A stretch of 64,000 nucleotides of DNA from Mobula hypostoma (lineage: Eukaryota). How positions within the stretch are numbered: position 1 is the first letter of the stretch; every line of letters starts with the position of its first letter. The stretch lies in assembly GCF_963921235.1 (NCBI RefSeq), contig NC_086097.1:222458001-222522000 (forward strand). The letters are read 5' to 3'. Under the pieces are notes generated by a model. It was not told where the DNA came from. It ran no database searches and was given only the letters and a program-made list of their open reading frames with translations. Made by a program: the position numbers and the translations under genes. Positions 24,482 to 36,035 of the stretch are shown here, one piece after another.

Positions 24482-25000
24482 GTGTTCGTCCATTGTCGAT
24501 GTCGATGAAGACCTCGACACCATTATGATGGTGCCGAGACTAGCGCATGATTTGGATTTAAGTTAGGGAGAGTTGCGTAGCGTCAGCCTCACTCTCCCTT
24601 CCCAATTCCCATCTGGATCCAGTGGTAAGACAGGGGGCATATTCTGTGTCTTGTCCTGCTCTACACATTCCACGACACTTGCAGAGACCGCCTTCTTGAC
24701 CATTGGACGTTCCATTGGTCTTGTCCGCTCAATCCGCTGGAGTCTGTCTTCACATGCTAGGATAGACAACCCCCTGTCTCACCGAGGGTTTGAGACCCGT
24801 CAGCTACCCTCACCTGGTTTAGCCGGCTTGTCGAAGCCTTTGCCCGGGGTGTGGCCGCTGTCGCATGCAAACAGCTACGAGGAGCCACAGGTGAGAGCTG
24901 AGTGCCAGGTGGGGACCAAAAGTGGACTAACCTCCTTGAAAAGGACGCAACATGTTCCCCCACCAGAGGTGTTACCCCTCCCTGACACCCCATACATCCC
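24482..25000 (-). mobile_element. Non-autonomous non-LTR retroposon (probably RTE-related) with a 5' HDV-like ribozyme and a 3' stem-loop
   Basis: Flanked by gcgccaataat (24471-24481) and gccccaataat (25001-25011); CpG-rich; no RT ORF; no Pol III A/B boxes seen; homologous to 46790-47077. Confidence 0.8.
24807..25000 (-). ncRNA. Predicted HDV-like self-cleaving ribozyme
   Basis: P1 GGGAUGU/ACACCCC, P2 CUCUCACCUGU/ACCAGGUGAGGG, P3 GGC/GCC, L3 UCCUCG, GGGCAA, P4 GGCUU-CGAC-AAGCC and J4/2 GGCUAA occur in canonical order. Confidence 0.8.
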
Positions 25001-25685
25001 GCCCCAATAATAACGGACCATTATTGCCCATTTCAAGAATGAGGTCCATGTGGCTGTTTGTAATATTAGGTGGAGTTTGCAGTAGGAATACACTTGGACT
25101 GAAGTGTTGATGTCCATTTTAAAAACCTCACCTACTGATAAACTGCCTGACTGGAAGCAGTATTAAAACCATCAAGGACTTATAAAATCTCGATTGTACC
25201 AAAAAAAAGTCAAAACAATTTCCTTATTTGTGCAAAAAAGACTTGGGTTAAATTTACTATTATCAGCATTCCTACTAAAAGCACATAAGGGTTGAGGTTT
25301 TTGAGAAAAGTACATTATTTGTCTAGCAAGTCTATTGCTATGAACTGCGGATTATTTTGAGCATTGAGCATTATAGCTTAGATAAGATGCTGGCCATTGC
25401 ACCTGCAAAGTTGGTATCAGCAATTGTAATAGAGAGCAAAGATCAGCTACTTGGACAGTAGAGAAGATTAGCCATCTTAGTTTAGGGGAGACATTGTGTC
25501 AGGGAGACTAAACTAGCATCAAAGCTCAGAGGAAAGCTGAGCAATCCTAAGAGAGCAGAAAGAAAGAGATATGTCAGTGCAGTAGGGCAAGAGATCAGCA
25601 TTGTGTAGAGAGTCCAGGGCTGGCTAGATGACAACGGAGAATATTTAGCCATTTCGTAGCAGAGAGACATCAGCTTTCATGTGTA

Positions 25686-25865
25686 AAGGCATCCGTTAGT
25701 CTTGCGAGACCATAGATCTGCGCCTGGAAAGTCTTCACTCTCCAGGGCGCAGGCCTGGGCAAGGTTGTATGGAAGACCAGCAGTTGCCCATGCTGCAAGT
25801 CTCCCCTCTCCATGATACCAATGTTGTCCAAGGGAGGGGCATTAGGACCCATACAGCTTGGCACC
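25686..25865 (-). mobile_element. 5'-truncated SINE or non-LTR 3' fragment
   Basis: GC-rich island with hairpin ctgcgcctgga...tccagggcgcag; imperfect flanking duplication catgtgta / catgagta. Confidence 0.55.
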
Positions 25866-25954
25866 ATGAGTAGAAGGTATGATTAGGCTCAAAGATAGGG
25901 AAGAGATCAGTCACTGTGGAATCTATGATCAGCCATCACTGTGGAAGCTGATCA

Positions 25955-27323
25955 ATGCTGCCAGTTAATCTGACCTCAGTGGCTGTGAAGATGTCGGATT
26001 TGATTATTAAGGATGGGGTCTCAGGGTACCTGAGGCACATGATAGAATAGGCAGTAATCAGCACGGTGGCCTGACAAATATGTTAGAATTCTTTGAAGAA
26101 ATAACAAGCAGGATAGACAAAGGAGACGTGGTTGATGTCACATACATGGATTTTCAGAGGACCTTTGACAAGTAGCCACACATGAGGCTGCTTAACAAGC
26201 TACGAGCCCATGGTATTACAGGAAAGATTCTAGCATGGATAAAGCAGTGGCTGATTGGCAGGAGGAAAAGAGAGAGAATAAAGGGAGCATTTTCTGGTTG
26301 GCTGCCAGTGACTAGTGCTGTTCCACAAGGGTCTCTGTTGGGACATATTATTTTTACATTATATTTCAATAATTTGGATGATGGAATTGATGGCTTTGTT
26401 ACAAAGTTTGCAGACAATATGAAGATAGGTGGAGGGGTAGGTAATTTTGAGGAAGTAGAGAGGCTACAGAAGAATTTAGACAGATTAGGAGAATGGGCAA
26501 AGATGTGGCACATGGAATACAATGTCAAGAAGTGTATGGTCATGCACTTTGGTAAAAGAAATGAAAGTGTTGGCTATTTTCCAAATGGAGAGAGAATGCA
26601 AAAAGCTGAGGCACAAATGGGCTTGGAAGTCCTTGTGCAGGATTCCCTAAAGGTTTATTTGCAGGTTGAGTCAGTGGTGAGGAATGGAAATGCAATATTA
26701 GCATTCATTTCAAGAGGACTAGAATAAAAAAACAAAGATGCAATGTTGAGACTTTATAAAGCACTGTTGAGGCCTCATTTTGGAGTATTGTGTGCCGTTT
26801 TGGCCACCTTTTCTTAGACAGGATGTGCTGAAACTGGAGAGAGTTTAAAGGATTTGCATGAAAATGATTTCAGGATTGTATGGCTTGTCATATGAAGATC
26901 ATTTGATGCTTTAGGCCTATATTCACTGGAATTCAGCAGAATGAGGGGTGACCTCATTGAAAGCTATTGAATGGTGAATGGCCTTGATAGAGTGGATGTG
27001 GAGAGGATGTTTCCAATGGTGGGAGAGTCTAAGACCAGAGGACACAGTCTCAGAATAGAGAGCTGTCCGTTTAGAACGGAGATGAGGATGAATTTCTTTA
27101 GCCAGAGTGTGGTGAATCTGTGGAATTCTTTTCCACAGACAACTGTGGAGGCCAAGTCTTTATGTATATTTAAGGCAGAGATTGGTAGATTCTTGATTGG
27201 TTAGGGTATGAAGGGATATGGGGAGAAGGCAGGAAATTGAGACTGAGTATCAGCCATGATGAAAAGGTGGAACAGACTTGATGGGCCAAATAGCCTAATT
27301 CTGCTCCTATACCTTATGGTCTT
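25955..27323 (+). mobile_element. 5'-truncated CR1 LINE (RT to 3' tail)
   Basis: ORF 26182..26727 has VPQGSLLG and KFADNMK; ORF 26971..27204 has VVNLWNSFP; ccttatggtctta tail. Confidence 0.94.
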
Positions 27324-29419
27324 AGTCTCTTACAATGGCTGATCCTTATTCAAAGATAATGTTTTATCTCACTGCTCTGCTACAGAAATCAATTTCTCTC
27401 CAAGCACTCTGCCTTCACACCAGTGGATAGGGGGATAGGAATACCATAGTATTAGAGAAAAATCATCATTATCATCATCAGCTAAGGTATTGACCACCAA
27501 GGTAACTTGTGGAGGAATCATCCATTTTCACTGAGTAAATGAGTGGCTATTGACCAAATATCAACCGAGATAAATAATGTAGCTCCATTTAGTAATTGTT
27601 ACTAAAGCCTAATTTCTCCTTTCATTATGAATCAATTTGTGTGTTAGGTGGTAGTTTTCATTGAATTCTTCTTGAACTGGCACATATCTTGCTTAAAAGC
27701 ACCTAAAACCTTAAGATAATGAGCTTTTGTTTCTGTTTCAGATGTCCTAGTAGGCTAGATTAACTGTTTTAGATGTTTAAAAAATGCCTCTGTGGGTTTC
27801 TAGCCGAACCCAGTTACCCTGCAACAACTTATCCTGCCTTTTATTTTGTCATAATTGCTTTTATTTTTCTTCTTGTTCCTTGAGGTATTCATGTTTGTTT
27901 ATAGTTTTCATACCCATGGAAACCCATTTGTATTTGGAAGCAATCCATTTAGGCATATCGTAATTTGGTGTACTTTTGGACTCTTAAGTTCTATTCACTA
28001 TCAGTAACCATGTTTCTAACTGGACCAGAGGTCATTATGAAAGTATCAGAGCAGGCAAGGTTTGATCCTCTCTTTTACTCTTTTTGCCAGATTCATGAGT
28101 CTGATATGAGCCAGCTATTTCAATCTTAGTTAATAGAGCTGTTCTGACAAACACTTAAATTTGAATTGCTCTTACATATATACCGATGATTCTGACCTTT
28201 AGCTTTTTATCATCCTTTAATGTGAGATTGTTTTGCTATCTATTTACTAACCTTGAACTAGAGTCTTTCTGAGAAATTAGACGTTAAAATAACAAAAACA
28301 TAACTATTTGTTGATGTGAGAGTCACAGGATAATTATACATATGAATGATTTTAACCTATCAGATTAATTTATCCAATAGGTTACTATAGCATATAGTTG
28401 TTTATTAAATGATCTAGGCTTTTATCTTTGCTTATTTTTTAAATTTGGAATTTTAAAAGCTTACATTTATGTAGTACCATTTCTAACTCTGAACATCCCT
28501 AAGCACAACACAGCAAATCAAGTACTTTCAAGTGTTGTTATAGTGTGGTAAGCAACTTGCAAGGTCTAACAAACAGCAATATAACATTGTTTGCAAAACC
28601 TGTTTTCAGATATTGGTTGAGATGGAATATTGTTTCGCGACTGGGGTTTTGGTTAACACGTCACCAAGAAAAGTCTGTATCACCCAGAGGCATAGAACTT
28701 TTTCAGTACTGCATTGAATTGTCAATCTGGATTTTCCAGGGGAGTTACAATTGAACCTTCAGGGGCCCCCATCCCATATGTTTATTGATGAATTTGCAAA
28801 TTAACTATTATAATTTTAAACAGAAGCTTTTAGCATCTGATTGATGAGACTGGTAGGCATGTGCAGAATTATAAGCTGTCTAGATATAGTGAATTAAGGG
28901 TTAATATTCTGGTTTTTGTCATCGGTCTAGTTGAAAATTAACAGGGATATTGAAACAACTGTACTTTACATGTTAATTTCCTTTGAATATTTCCATTTAT
29001 TAGTTAGATATTCAATATGAGAAAAATAAGGAATAAAGACAGACCTCTGGGAATCCATCCAATCGGAGTTACAGCAATTACTATATTTGGATATCCTAGA
29101 TATATGAGGTCAATGTTGTTTTATTTAACCTAATTTTTATAATAAGTCAAAACATATCCATAGCAATAGTACCCTTTAATTTCATATTGGTGTGTTGATG
29201 ATTTCATATTCTCTAAGAGTTGCATGCAATGCCATACATAGCAGTGAGTTGGTTGTATTTGACAGCAATTCTATTGTCAGGAAAGTGAGATCATGCTGCA
29301 GTGTTCCTCAATTTACCAGATGTGTTTTCCTTCAAAGGATTAAACTGTTAGTCCTAGCTGGAATACAAGATATATATAGTATTTTTCTCTGTTTTGATTT
29401 TACCAATGATAAATTATCC

Positions 29420-29610
29420 ATAGGTATACTTCAGGTAGAAGTTGATAATTTCCTGATCGGTCAGGGCATCAAAGGATATGGTGAAAAGGTGGGTGTATGG
29501 GGTTAAGTGGAATCCAGATTCAGCCATGATGGAATGGTAGAGCAGACTCGATGGGCTGAATGGCCTAATTCTTCTCCTATGTCTTATGGTCTTATGGTCT
29601 TATGGTCTTA
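29420..29610 (+). mobile_element. CR1 3' terminal fragment with (TCTTATGG)n tail
   Basis: 3'UTR shared with other CR1 copies; gtcttatggtcttatggtcttatggtctta. Confidence 0.9.
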
Positions 29611-29874
29611 ATGACAATCATGTAATTACAACAAAAATGATGGCTCTTGAATCATGAAAGCAAAATTGATACCACTGGAATATGTAATTTTAACTATACC
29701 CTTCATTTTTCAGTTTTGTGCTTAACTTACCCTCTTCCCATTGTTGCTATTTCCAGCAATGGCTATCAAAGTGTATTCTTTTTGTGGTCAATTTCAGAGA
29801 AAGCACTTTTCAGACTAATGAATATCAATAGTCACTTGAATCACTTCCATGTTTCAATTTAGACTCCCTTGAAC

Positions 29875-30545
29875 TTTTAGAATTGATTTTAAAGTTCCCT
29901 TGCTTGTTTTTAAAGCTCTTAATGGTCTCGGCCTGGAATACATCACAGAATCGTTTTCATCTTATAATTCTGTTCAAGCTCTCAGATCCTCTTCCACCAG
30001 TCTTTAAATTTAATCAGTCTCCCTCAGAAGGTAATTGGCAGGTCAGTATTTTTGAACTATGCTCCTAAACTGTGGAATTCAATGCCTAAAACTACAAGGG
30101 ATGCAGACTCAGTTGATATTTTTAAACACCAGTTCAAAACCTATTTATTTAACCTTGCTTTTAACTGACATCATTTTTTTCTTTTATTTTCATGTTTAAT
30201 TTATTTTTAGTTTTATTTTCAGGTTTCAATAGGTTCAATATATACATTGAATGTCAGAAATGTATACAATATACATCCTGAAATTCTTTTTCTTTGCAAA
30301 CACCCACGAAAACAGAGGAGTGCCCCAAAGAATGAATGACAGTTAAACGTTAGAACCCCAAAGCCCTCCCCCCAGCTCCCCACTCCCATGCACAAACAGC
30401 AACAAGGCAATAACTCCCCCCACTAGCAAAAAAGCATCGGCGCCCTCCACCAAGCACTCAAGCATGCAGCAAAGCATACTTTATACTTTTATCCCATTGT
30501 AAAGCAGTTTGAAAAGTGTGCTATAAATAATTGTTATTATTGCTT
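29875..30545 (+). mobile_element. L2 LINE 3' fragment interrupted at ~30216-30478
   Basis: Homologous to 61545-61977 (FKILLL.FKA, APKLWNS.P, FK..LKTYLF motifs); ttattatt tail. Confidence 0.8.
30216..30478 (-). mobile_element. LINE-type 3'UTR/tail fragment (Rex1/Babar-like) inserted in L2
   Basis: ttcaataggttcaata tail repeat; tatacatcctgaaattc motif shared with 61170-61190. Confidence 0.6.
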
Positions 30546-30703
30546 TTTCAATAAGGCTAGAACATTTTTTTTGGTTCATATATAAGTATACAGATTGGTC
30601 ATTATAGCTTCTTATAAACTTTGGTATTTGGTATATATATCTCAAGCATAGTGATATTAAATCAATGTGAAAATTAAAATGTATTATAAATATCTGTTAA
30701 TAT

Positions 30704-31589
30704 ACAAAATAATCTGCAGATGCTGTGATCAAAGCAACACTTATTGTACGCTGGATGAACTCAGCAGGTCGGGCTGCATCAGTTAGAAACGATGAGTCGA
30801 CGTTTCGGGCCGGAACCCTTCATCAGGACTAAAAAATGAAAGATGGGGAAGAATTTGAAGAATGCTAGTAGCTTCAGCTGAAAGACCAGTAATTTGGAAG
30901 ACAAAGGGGTGGGGGAGGGGAAGCATTGACGTCATAGCCCTGAAAACAATGGGTAGTAAAAGAAGGCGGCGGAACCATGAGGGAGTTGGGTGGTCATCTA
31001 TTGCATCCGGTGCTCCTGGTGCGGCCCCCTCTACATCGGTGAAACCCGACGCAGATTGGGGGACTGCTTCGTCGAACACCTTCACTCCATCCACCACAAC
31101 AGACAGGATCTCCGGATAGCCACCCACTTCAACTCTGCTTCCCATTCCCATTCAGATATGTCCATACATGGCCTCCTCTACTGCCATGATGAGGCTAAAC
31201 TCAGATTGGAGGAGCAACACCTCATATACCGTCTAGGTAGTCTCCAGCCCCTTGGTATGAACATAGAATTCTCCAACTTCCAGTAATTCCCTCCCCCTCC
31301 CTTCCTCTATCCCTATTTCACTCTACCCCCTCCCCCAGCTCCCTCATGGCTCCGCCTCCTTCTTCTACTATCCATGGTTTTCAGGGCTATGACATCAATG
31401 CTTCCCCTCCCCCACCACTTTGTTTTTCAAATTTCTGGTCTTTAAACTGAAGCTACTAGCATTCTTCAAATCCTTCCCCATCTTTCATTCTTCAGTCCTG
31501 ACGAAGGGTTCCGGCCCAAAACGTTGACTCTTTGTTTCTAACTGATGTTGCCCGACCTGCTGAGTTCATCCAGCGTACTGAAAGTGTTG
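30704..31589 (+). mobile_element. Penelope-like element, 5'-truncated with inverted pLTR (fold-back) and 12-bp TSD
   Basis: ORF 30990..31286 VIYCIRCSWCGPLYIGETRRRLGDCFVEH (GIY-YIG); arms 30735-30990 and 31334-31589 are inverted copies; atctgttaatat at 30692-30703 and 31590-31601. Confidence 0.95.
30795..30830 (-). ncRNA. Minimal type I hammerhead ribozyme motif (intact core)
   Basis: AGUC CUGAUGA A GGGU-UCCG-GCCC GAAA C GUC GACU. Confidence 0.8.
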
Positions 31590-31829
31590 ATCTGTTAATA
31601 TGATAGTTTGTGATGGTGAATGCAGTGGTCATAATTTATACCAAATATTAGCGAGGTTGTTGCATCTACAAAGCAAAACAAGGAAGTTTCACATGTCAGA
31701 ATGATGAACTGTGCGGTCAATACTTTGGGAAGTAGGTTAATGTGAGACAAGATCCAATCCATTTGTCCAATTTGTTGCCAGGAACTTGTCTAATATATTG
31801 AAGACTGATTATACTCATTTCTAGTTTCA

Positions 31830-32170
31830 TTCAATAGATATATAGTTTCATTCAATAAAGATATAGAAGAGGCCGATGAAGTTGAAACAATATATGCTAA
31901 GAAGCTGGTTTCTCAGGCTGGTGAATCTAAAACTAGGGGTTAGCCCCAGGATAAGGGGTCAACCATTTAGAATTGAGATGAAGATTCCTATACTCTGAAT
32001 ATTGTAAATCTTTGGAGTTTCTCTTCCTTCAAAATCTGTCAATTAATGCACTTAAAGCTGAGGTCTTAAAATTGTGAGATATTAAGGGAATCAGAGGTAG
32101 CTGCTGAGGTGAGAATCTCAAAGTAAGCTAAGGTGGTTGTATGGCCTTGTCTTGCTTTCATTTTTGATAT
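31830..32170 (+). mobile_element. Old CR1 3' fragment
   Basis: gaatctaaaactagggg...ccatttagaattgagatga...gtaaatctttgga parallels the CR1 C-terminus. Confidence 0.6.
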
Positions 32171-32454
32171 TCCTGGGTTATGGACCACTTTGTAAGCTTT
32201 TCATTCACATTGAGGGTTCTACTTCACAGTTTCAATTCATTTATATATTAAATACTCCAGCAACAGCAGTTGTGGTTTTAGATGCCAAGGCCATAATTTC
32301 TAGCCTTTCCAATTTTGCTTCCTCTCTTTTAAGACTTTATTAAACCATACTCTATTTAAGTTTTAGATATCATCGTAATATTTTCATTTTTAACTCTGTA
32401 CATATTTAGAAACATAAGACTCATGGAAAGTCCTCTCGAATGCTTTATCACAAC

Positions 32455-33215
32455 ATACAAAATAGGAAAAATAGGAGCAGGAGGAAACCAAGATAGCTTT
32501 TGGCACAGTTCCACCATTCAACAAGATCATGGCTGAGCTGATCTTGGTCTCAATAGTTAACTGTCATTTCCCAATGTGTTGTCCCTCCTACATCCCTCCC
32601 TACCCTCCATCATACCTCATAAATCTATCTTAACCTTAAATATATTCAACCAATCCAGTATCCCCAGCTCTCAACAGAGAATTCCAAAGATCCATAGCTT
32701 GTATGAGAAGAAATTTCTAATTTTTAAGTTAAATAAGCATCTGTTTATTCTGAAACCATTCCTGCACTTCTAGATTCCTCCACAAATGAGTAAATCATCC
32801 CTGTTTTTACCTTATGAAACCTGTAAGTTTTTTTTTGGTTTTTTTATAAACTCACTTTTCATTCTCGATTAAGTATAATCTTAACCCATGCAATCTTTCC
32901 ACATCAGACATTCTTTCCATCTCAGGAACTTTCCCTGATCTTCATCCCTCCTCAAATAAGACCAAAACAATATGCAGGTTATAGCTTGAACAAAACTATT
33001 CTAGTTTGATACTCTATTCCTCTTGCATGAGGGCCAGCATTTGGCTGTCTACTTGCTGTATCTGCATGCCTTCTTCATTTTTCATGTGTGAAGAGACCCA
33101 TACTCTTCTGTACCTTAGCATCCTATAGTCTCTCTCCAAATAAACAATATTCAGCATTTCTATTCTTCCTACCAAAGTAGATAACATCATATGTCCCCCA
33201 TAACGTAATCTATTC
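32455..33215 (-). mobile_element. Old CR1 3' fragment
   Basis: ataggagcagga..ccattcaacaagatcatggctga 3'UTR-like sequence; tattcttcctaccaaagt. Confidence 0.65.
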
Positions 33216-34519
33216 AGCAAAAAAAAAAGAAATGAAGAATTAAAGTTATTGTTGAAAAAAATCACATTTAATTTTTGGAATTGTTCCATGTATGATTTGG
33301 AGCATTCAATAAATTAAAACTATAACCTTTTACTAATTGTTGCAAATACTGAAGTTAAAGAGATGCAGCTGAGCATTAACTTATGCTGCAATTGAAGCCC
33401 AGCTCCTTGTCCACTTGTGTCAATATTTTGAAATTAAGTATAGGTTGCACTTTATAATTGCAAGATAGGTTGTTGTTCCCTTGGCCCAAACATAGCTGGT
33501 TGCTTGACTTTGATTAAGACTGATTATTTCTCAGCAATGTTCACTGCTTCTCTCTCATAACACTGCAGAACTGTCAATGTAAAACTATTAATTGTAAGAA
33601 GTAATTAAATCATGTTACTCTATTTACATAATCATCATAAGCCAGGCTGTAAGCCTTTCCTTCTCAATGGGGGGGAGAATATTTCTAAATTCCAGCTCCA
33701 CAGTTTCAATCAATTAAAATTTCTGTAATTTGATGATAAGTTCTTTAGAAATATTAATGTTGTAGATAAACAACAAGGTAACATATACATCTCAGTAATT
33801 TCATGGAGTTATTAGAGAGGAAATGGCTTATTTGATCTCAATTCCCACCATTCAATTCTATTAACTTCAGTGGAACTAAATATTTAGCTAGGTGCCCCAG
33901 CAGCTGTTAAATGACCAGGGGTGAAAGTCTGTCCCAAATCCTGAAAAATTGAAAAAAAACTGTGCCTGTTAGAGTAGGAAGCAAACTGTTGGGAGTTGCT
34001 TTGCTAGTAAAGCTACAAAAGAAGGTAATATGTTGAGTTTCATTGACACCAACGTGAAGGATGCATCTCCCTGGGACTCTGAGAGAAAAAAAACCTATAA
34101 ATGCTAATTTAATTGGATGATCAAACAGCAGATAAGAAATAGTTCAAGATTTGGTCTGTTCAATTGGACTCAATAATGTACTATATTTTTCTCCCCCCAG
34201 TGCTTTGGGTGCTAATTTGCTTATATTTTGCTGCATGAATCATGTGTCAGATTGTTAGTATGATTTACAACATCTGGCAAATTATGTGGTAGGATTAAAT
34301 ATAGATCATTTGTGCAGATTAATAGTATGTTTCAGATAGTTCTGTCATAGTTGACAACATGACTGCAGTACCAAACTGAATGACAATAATCCAGTTAGTG
34401 ACATGCTATTTGATACATGGTGAGGCTCATGTTTAGCTGCAGTAGAAATGCCCAGCTAACCACTGAATATGTTCAAACAAATTCTCAATATTTGCAGATT
34501 CATTGGTAATTGAGAGGAC

Positions 34520-34579
34520 TATGTGTGTGTGTGTGTGTGTGTATATACACACACACACACACACACATAAATACACATT

Positions 34580-34619
<40 letters not shown>

Positions 34620-34620
34620 G
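34520..34620. repeat. Compound (TG)n/(TA)n/(CA)n microsatellite
   Basis: (TG)10 TATATA (CA)10 followed by a second (CA)n(TA)n tract. Confidence 0.98.
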
Positions 34621-35200
34621 TACTAGAGAGGTCTCCCAATTTGTGATGGCTTGCTTGTATATTCCATACTCTTGATATCTGGACCCACTTTATGGCTACA
34701 TCCTGATTTCAATGAAGGGGATTCTCAGCCTATTTGCTACTATTCAAGTGGAAGTAGAAAACTGTTTACAGAAAGATCTCAGTGACTCTGGGGCTTAGGT
34801 TGATGTGAGAAATAATATTTGCCTCACGTAATTACAAAGACCAAATCCAATGCAAGAGCCTAACCGCCTCACCTGAGCACATGCAATTGGATTAAGACTG
34901 CTAAATGTCTCTAATATTCAAATTTTGGACTAATTCTTAGCAGAAATTTAACTGGACCACTAGCATATTTGCTGTGGCCATAAGCAGGCATCAGAGGCTG
35001 ACATACTCTCCTCTGTGATCCCCATTCCTGACTCACCAAAATCTTTTCTTCACCCATGAGTCACAAGTATGTGAAAACCACATCAACCTTCAAGAAGGGG
35101 ACACACATCACCTTTTGATATTGGTGCACCACCAATACAGATATACAATGTGCAGATAACTACACAGAAAATAATTTCACTGTGACCTCTTGACTACCTA

Positions 35201-36035
35201 CAAGTGCACATTCCTTTATCCGAAATTCTGAAATCCAAAAAGCTCCGAAAACCGTAGTTTTTTTTAGCCAACAGCTGATGTCACTCAGATGTGACGTGGC
35301 AGCACTAGCAGAGGCCGCCAGACGTCAGTTGTGGCTCTGCGCTCGTACTGGTTACACGTGCATTTGCTGTTCACTGATATTTTGTATTCACTGTTGACTT
35401 TGTGTTTAATTTCACTGTGAAATTGTCAAAAAGAGCTGCAGATACCCCTGTGGGTAACAATGAGAAAAAGAGAAGGAATCTTCTCTATCAATAACGCAGA
35501 AGGTGGGGTTATAGCAGAAGCTTGATCGTGGTGTGTCTGTGCGGCATCTTACAGAAGAAAGTAGTGTTAGAACTACCACTGTATATGATTTAAATACACA
35601 GAAAGACAAGTTGCTGAAGTTTTATAGTGACAGTAACGTTCTACATTTATTCCAATAAGTCATTTACTATGTGTTTGATTCGGTTCGTTTGAAGCTGTAT
35701 ATTTTTATGTTTTATTGAATGTTTTTGTTGGAGATAAAATGTCTTCATGCCATTATCCCTAAACAATACAGTATAACAATTGCTTACATGGCACTTACAT
35801 TGTATAAGGTATTATAAGTAATCTAGAGATGATTTGAAGTATATGGGAGGATGTGCTTAGGTTTGGTGTGCCGCTGGGTCCTAAAGTCCACTGCACTGAG
35901 CCCCGTTAAATAAGGGACTTGAGCATACGTGTTTTTTAGTATTGGGGCGGGGGGGGGCGGAGTCTGAAATCTGAAAAATTCTGAATTCCAAATGCAACTG
36001 GCCCCAAGGATTTCAGATAAGGGATTGTGGGCCTG
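35201..36035 (+). mobile_element. Tigger/pogo-like non-autonomous DNA transposon
   Basis: Imperfect terminal inverted repeats (TIRs) caagtgcacattcctttatccgaaat / atttcagataagggattgtgggcctg; TA on both flanks; internal SKRAADTPVGNNEKKR..KLDRGVSVRHL..TTTVYDL..QKDKLLKF (CENP-B-type HTH start). Confidence 0.88.

Noticed and set aside
29580..29610. CRISPR-like or telomere-like repeat (TCTTATGG)n
   Set aside because: No spacers; it is the CR1 3' terminal microsatellite seen at the ends of many copies.
30990..31286. Stand-alone GIY-YIG homing endonuclease or nuclease gene
   Set aside because: It is the 5'-truncated end of a Penelope ORF with no native start; homologs at 14417-14719 and 43564-43864 are in Penelope context.
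35420..35640. TIGD/JRK-like gene exon
   Set aside because: Short HTH fragment with a frameshift and stop, inside a TA-flanked element with TIRs.
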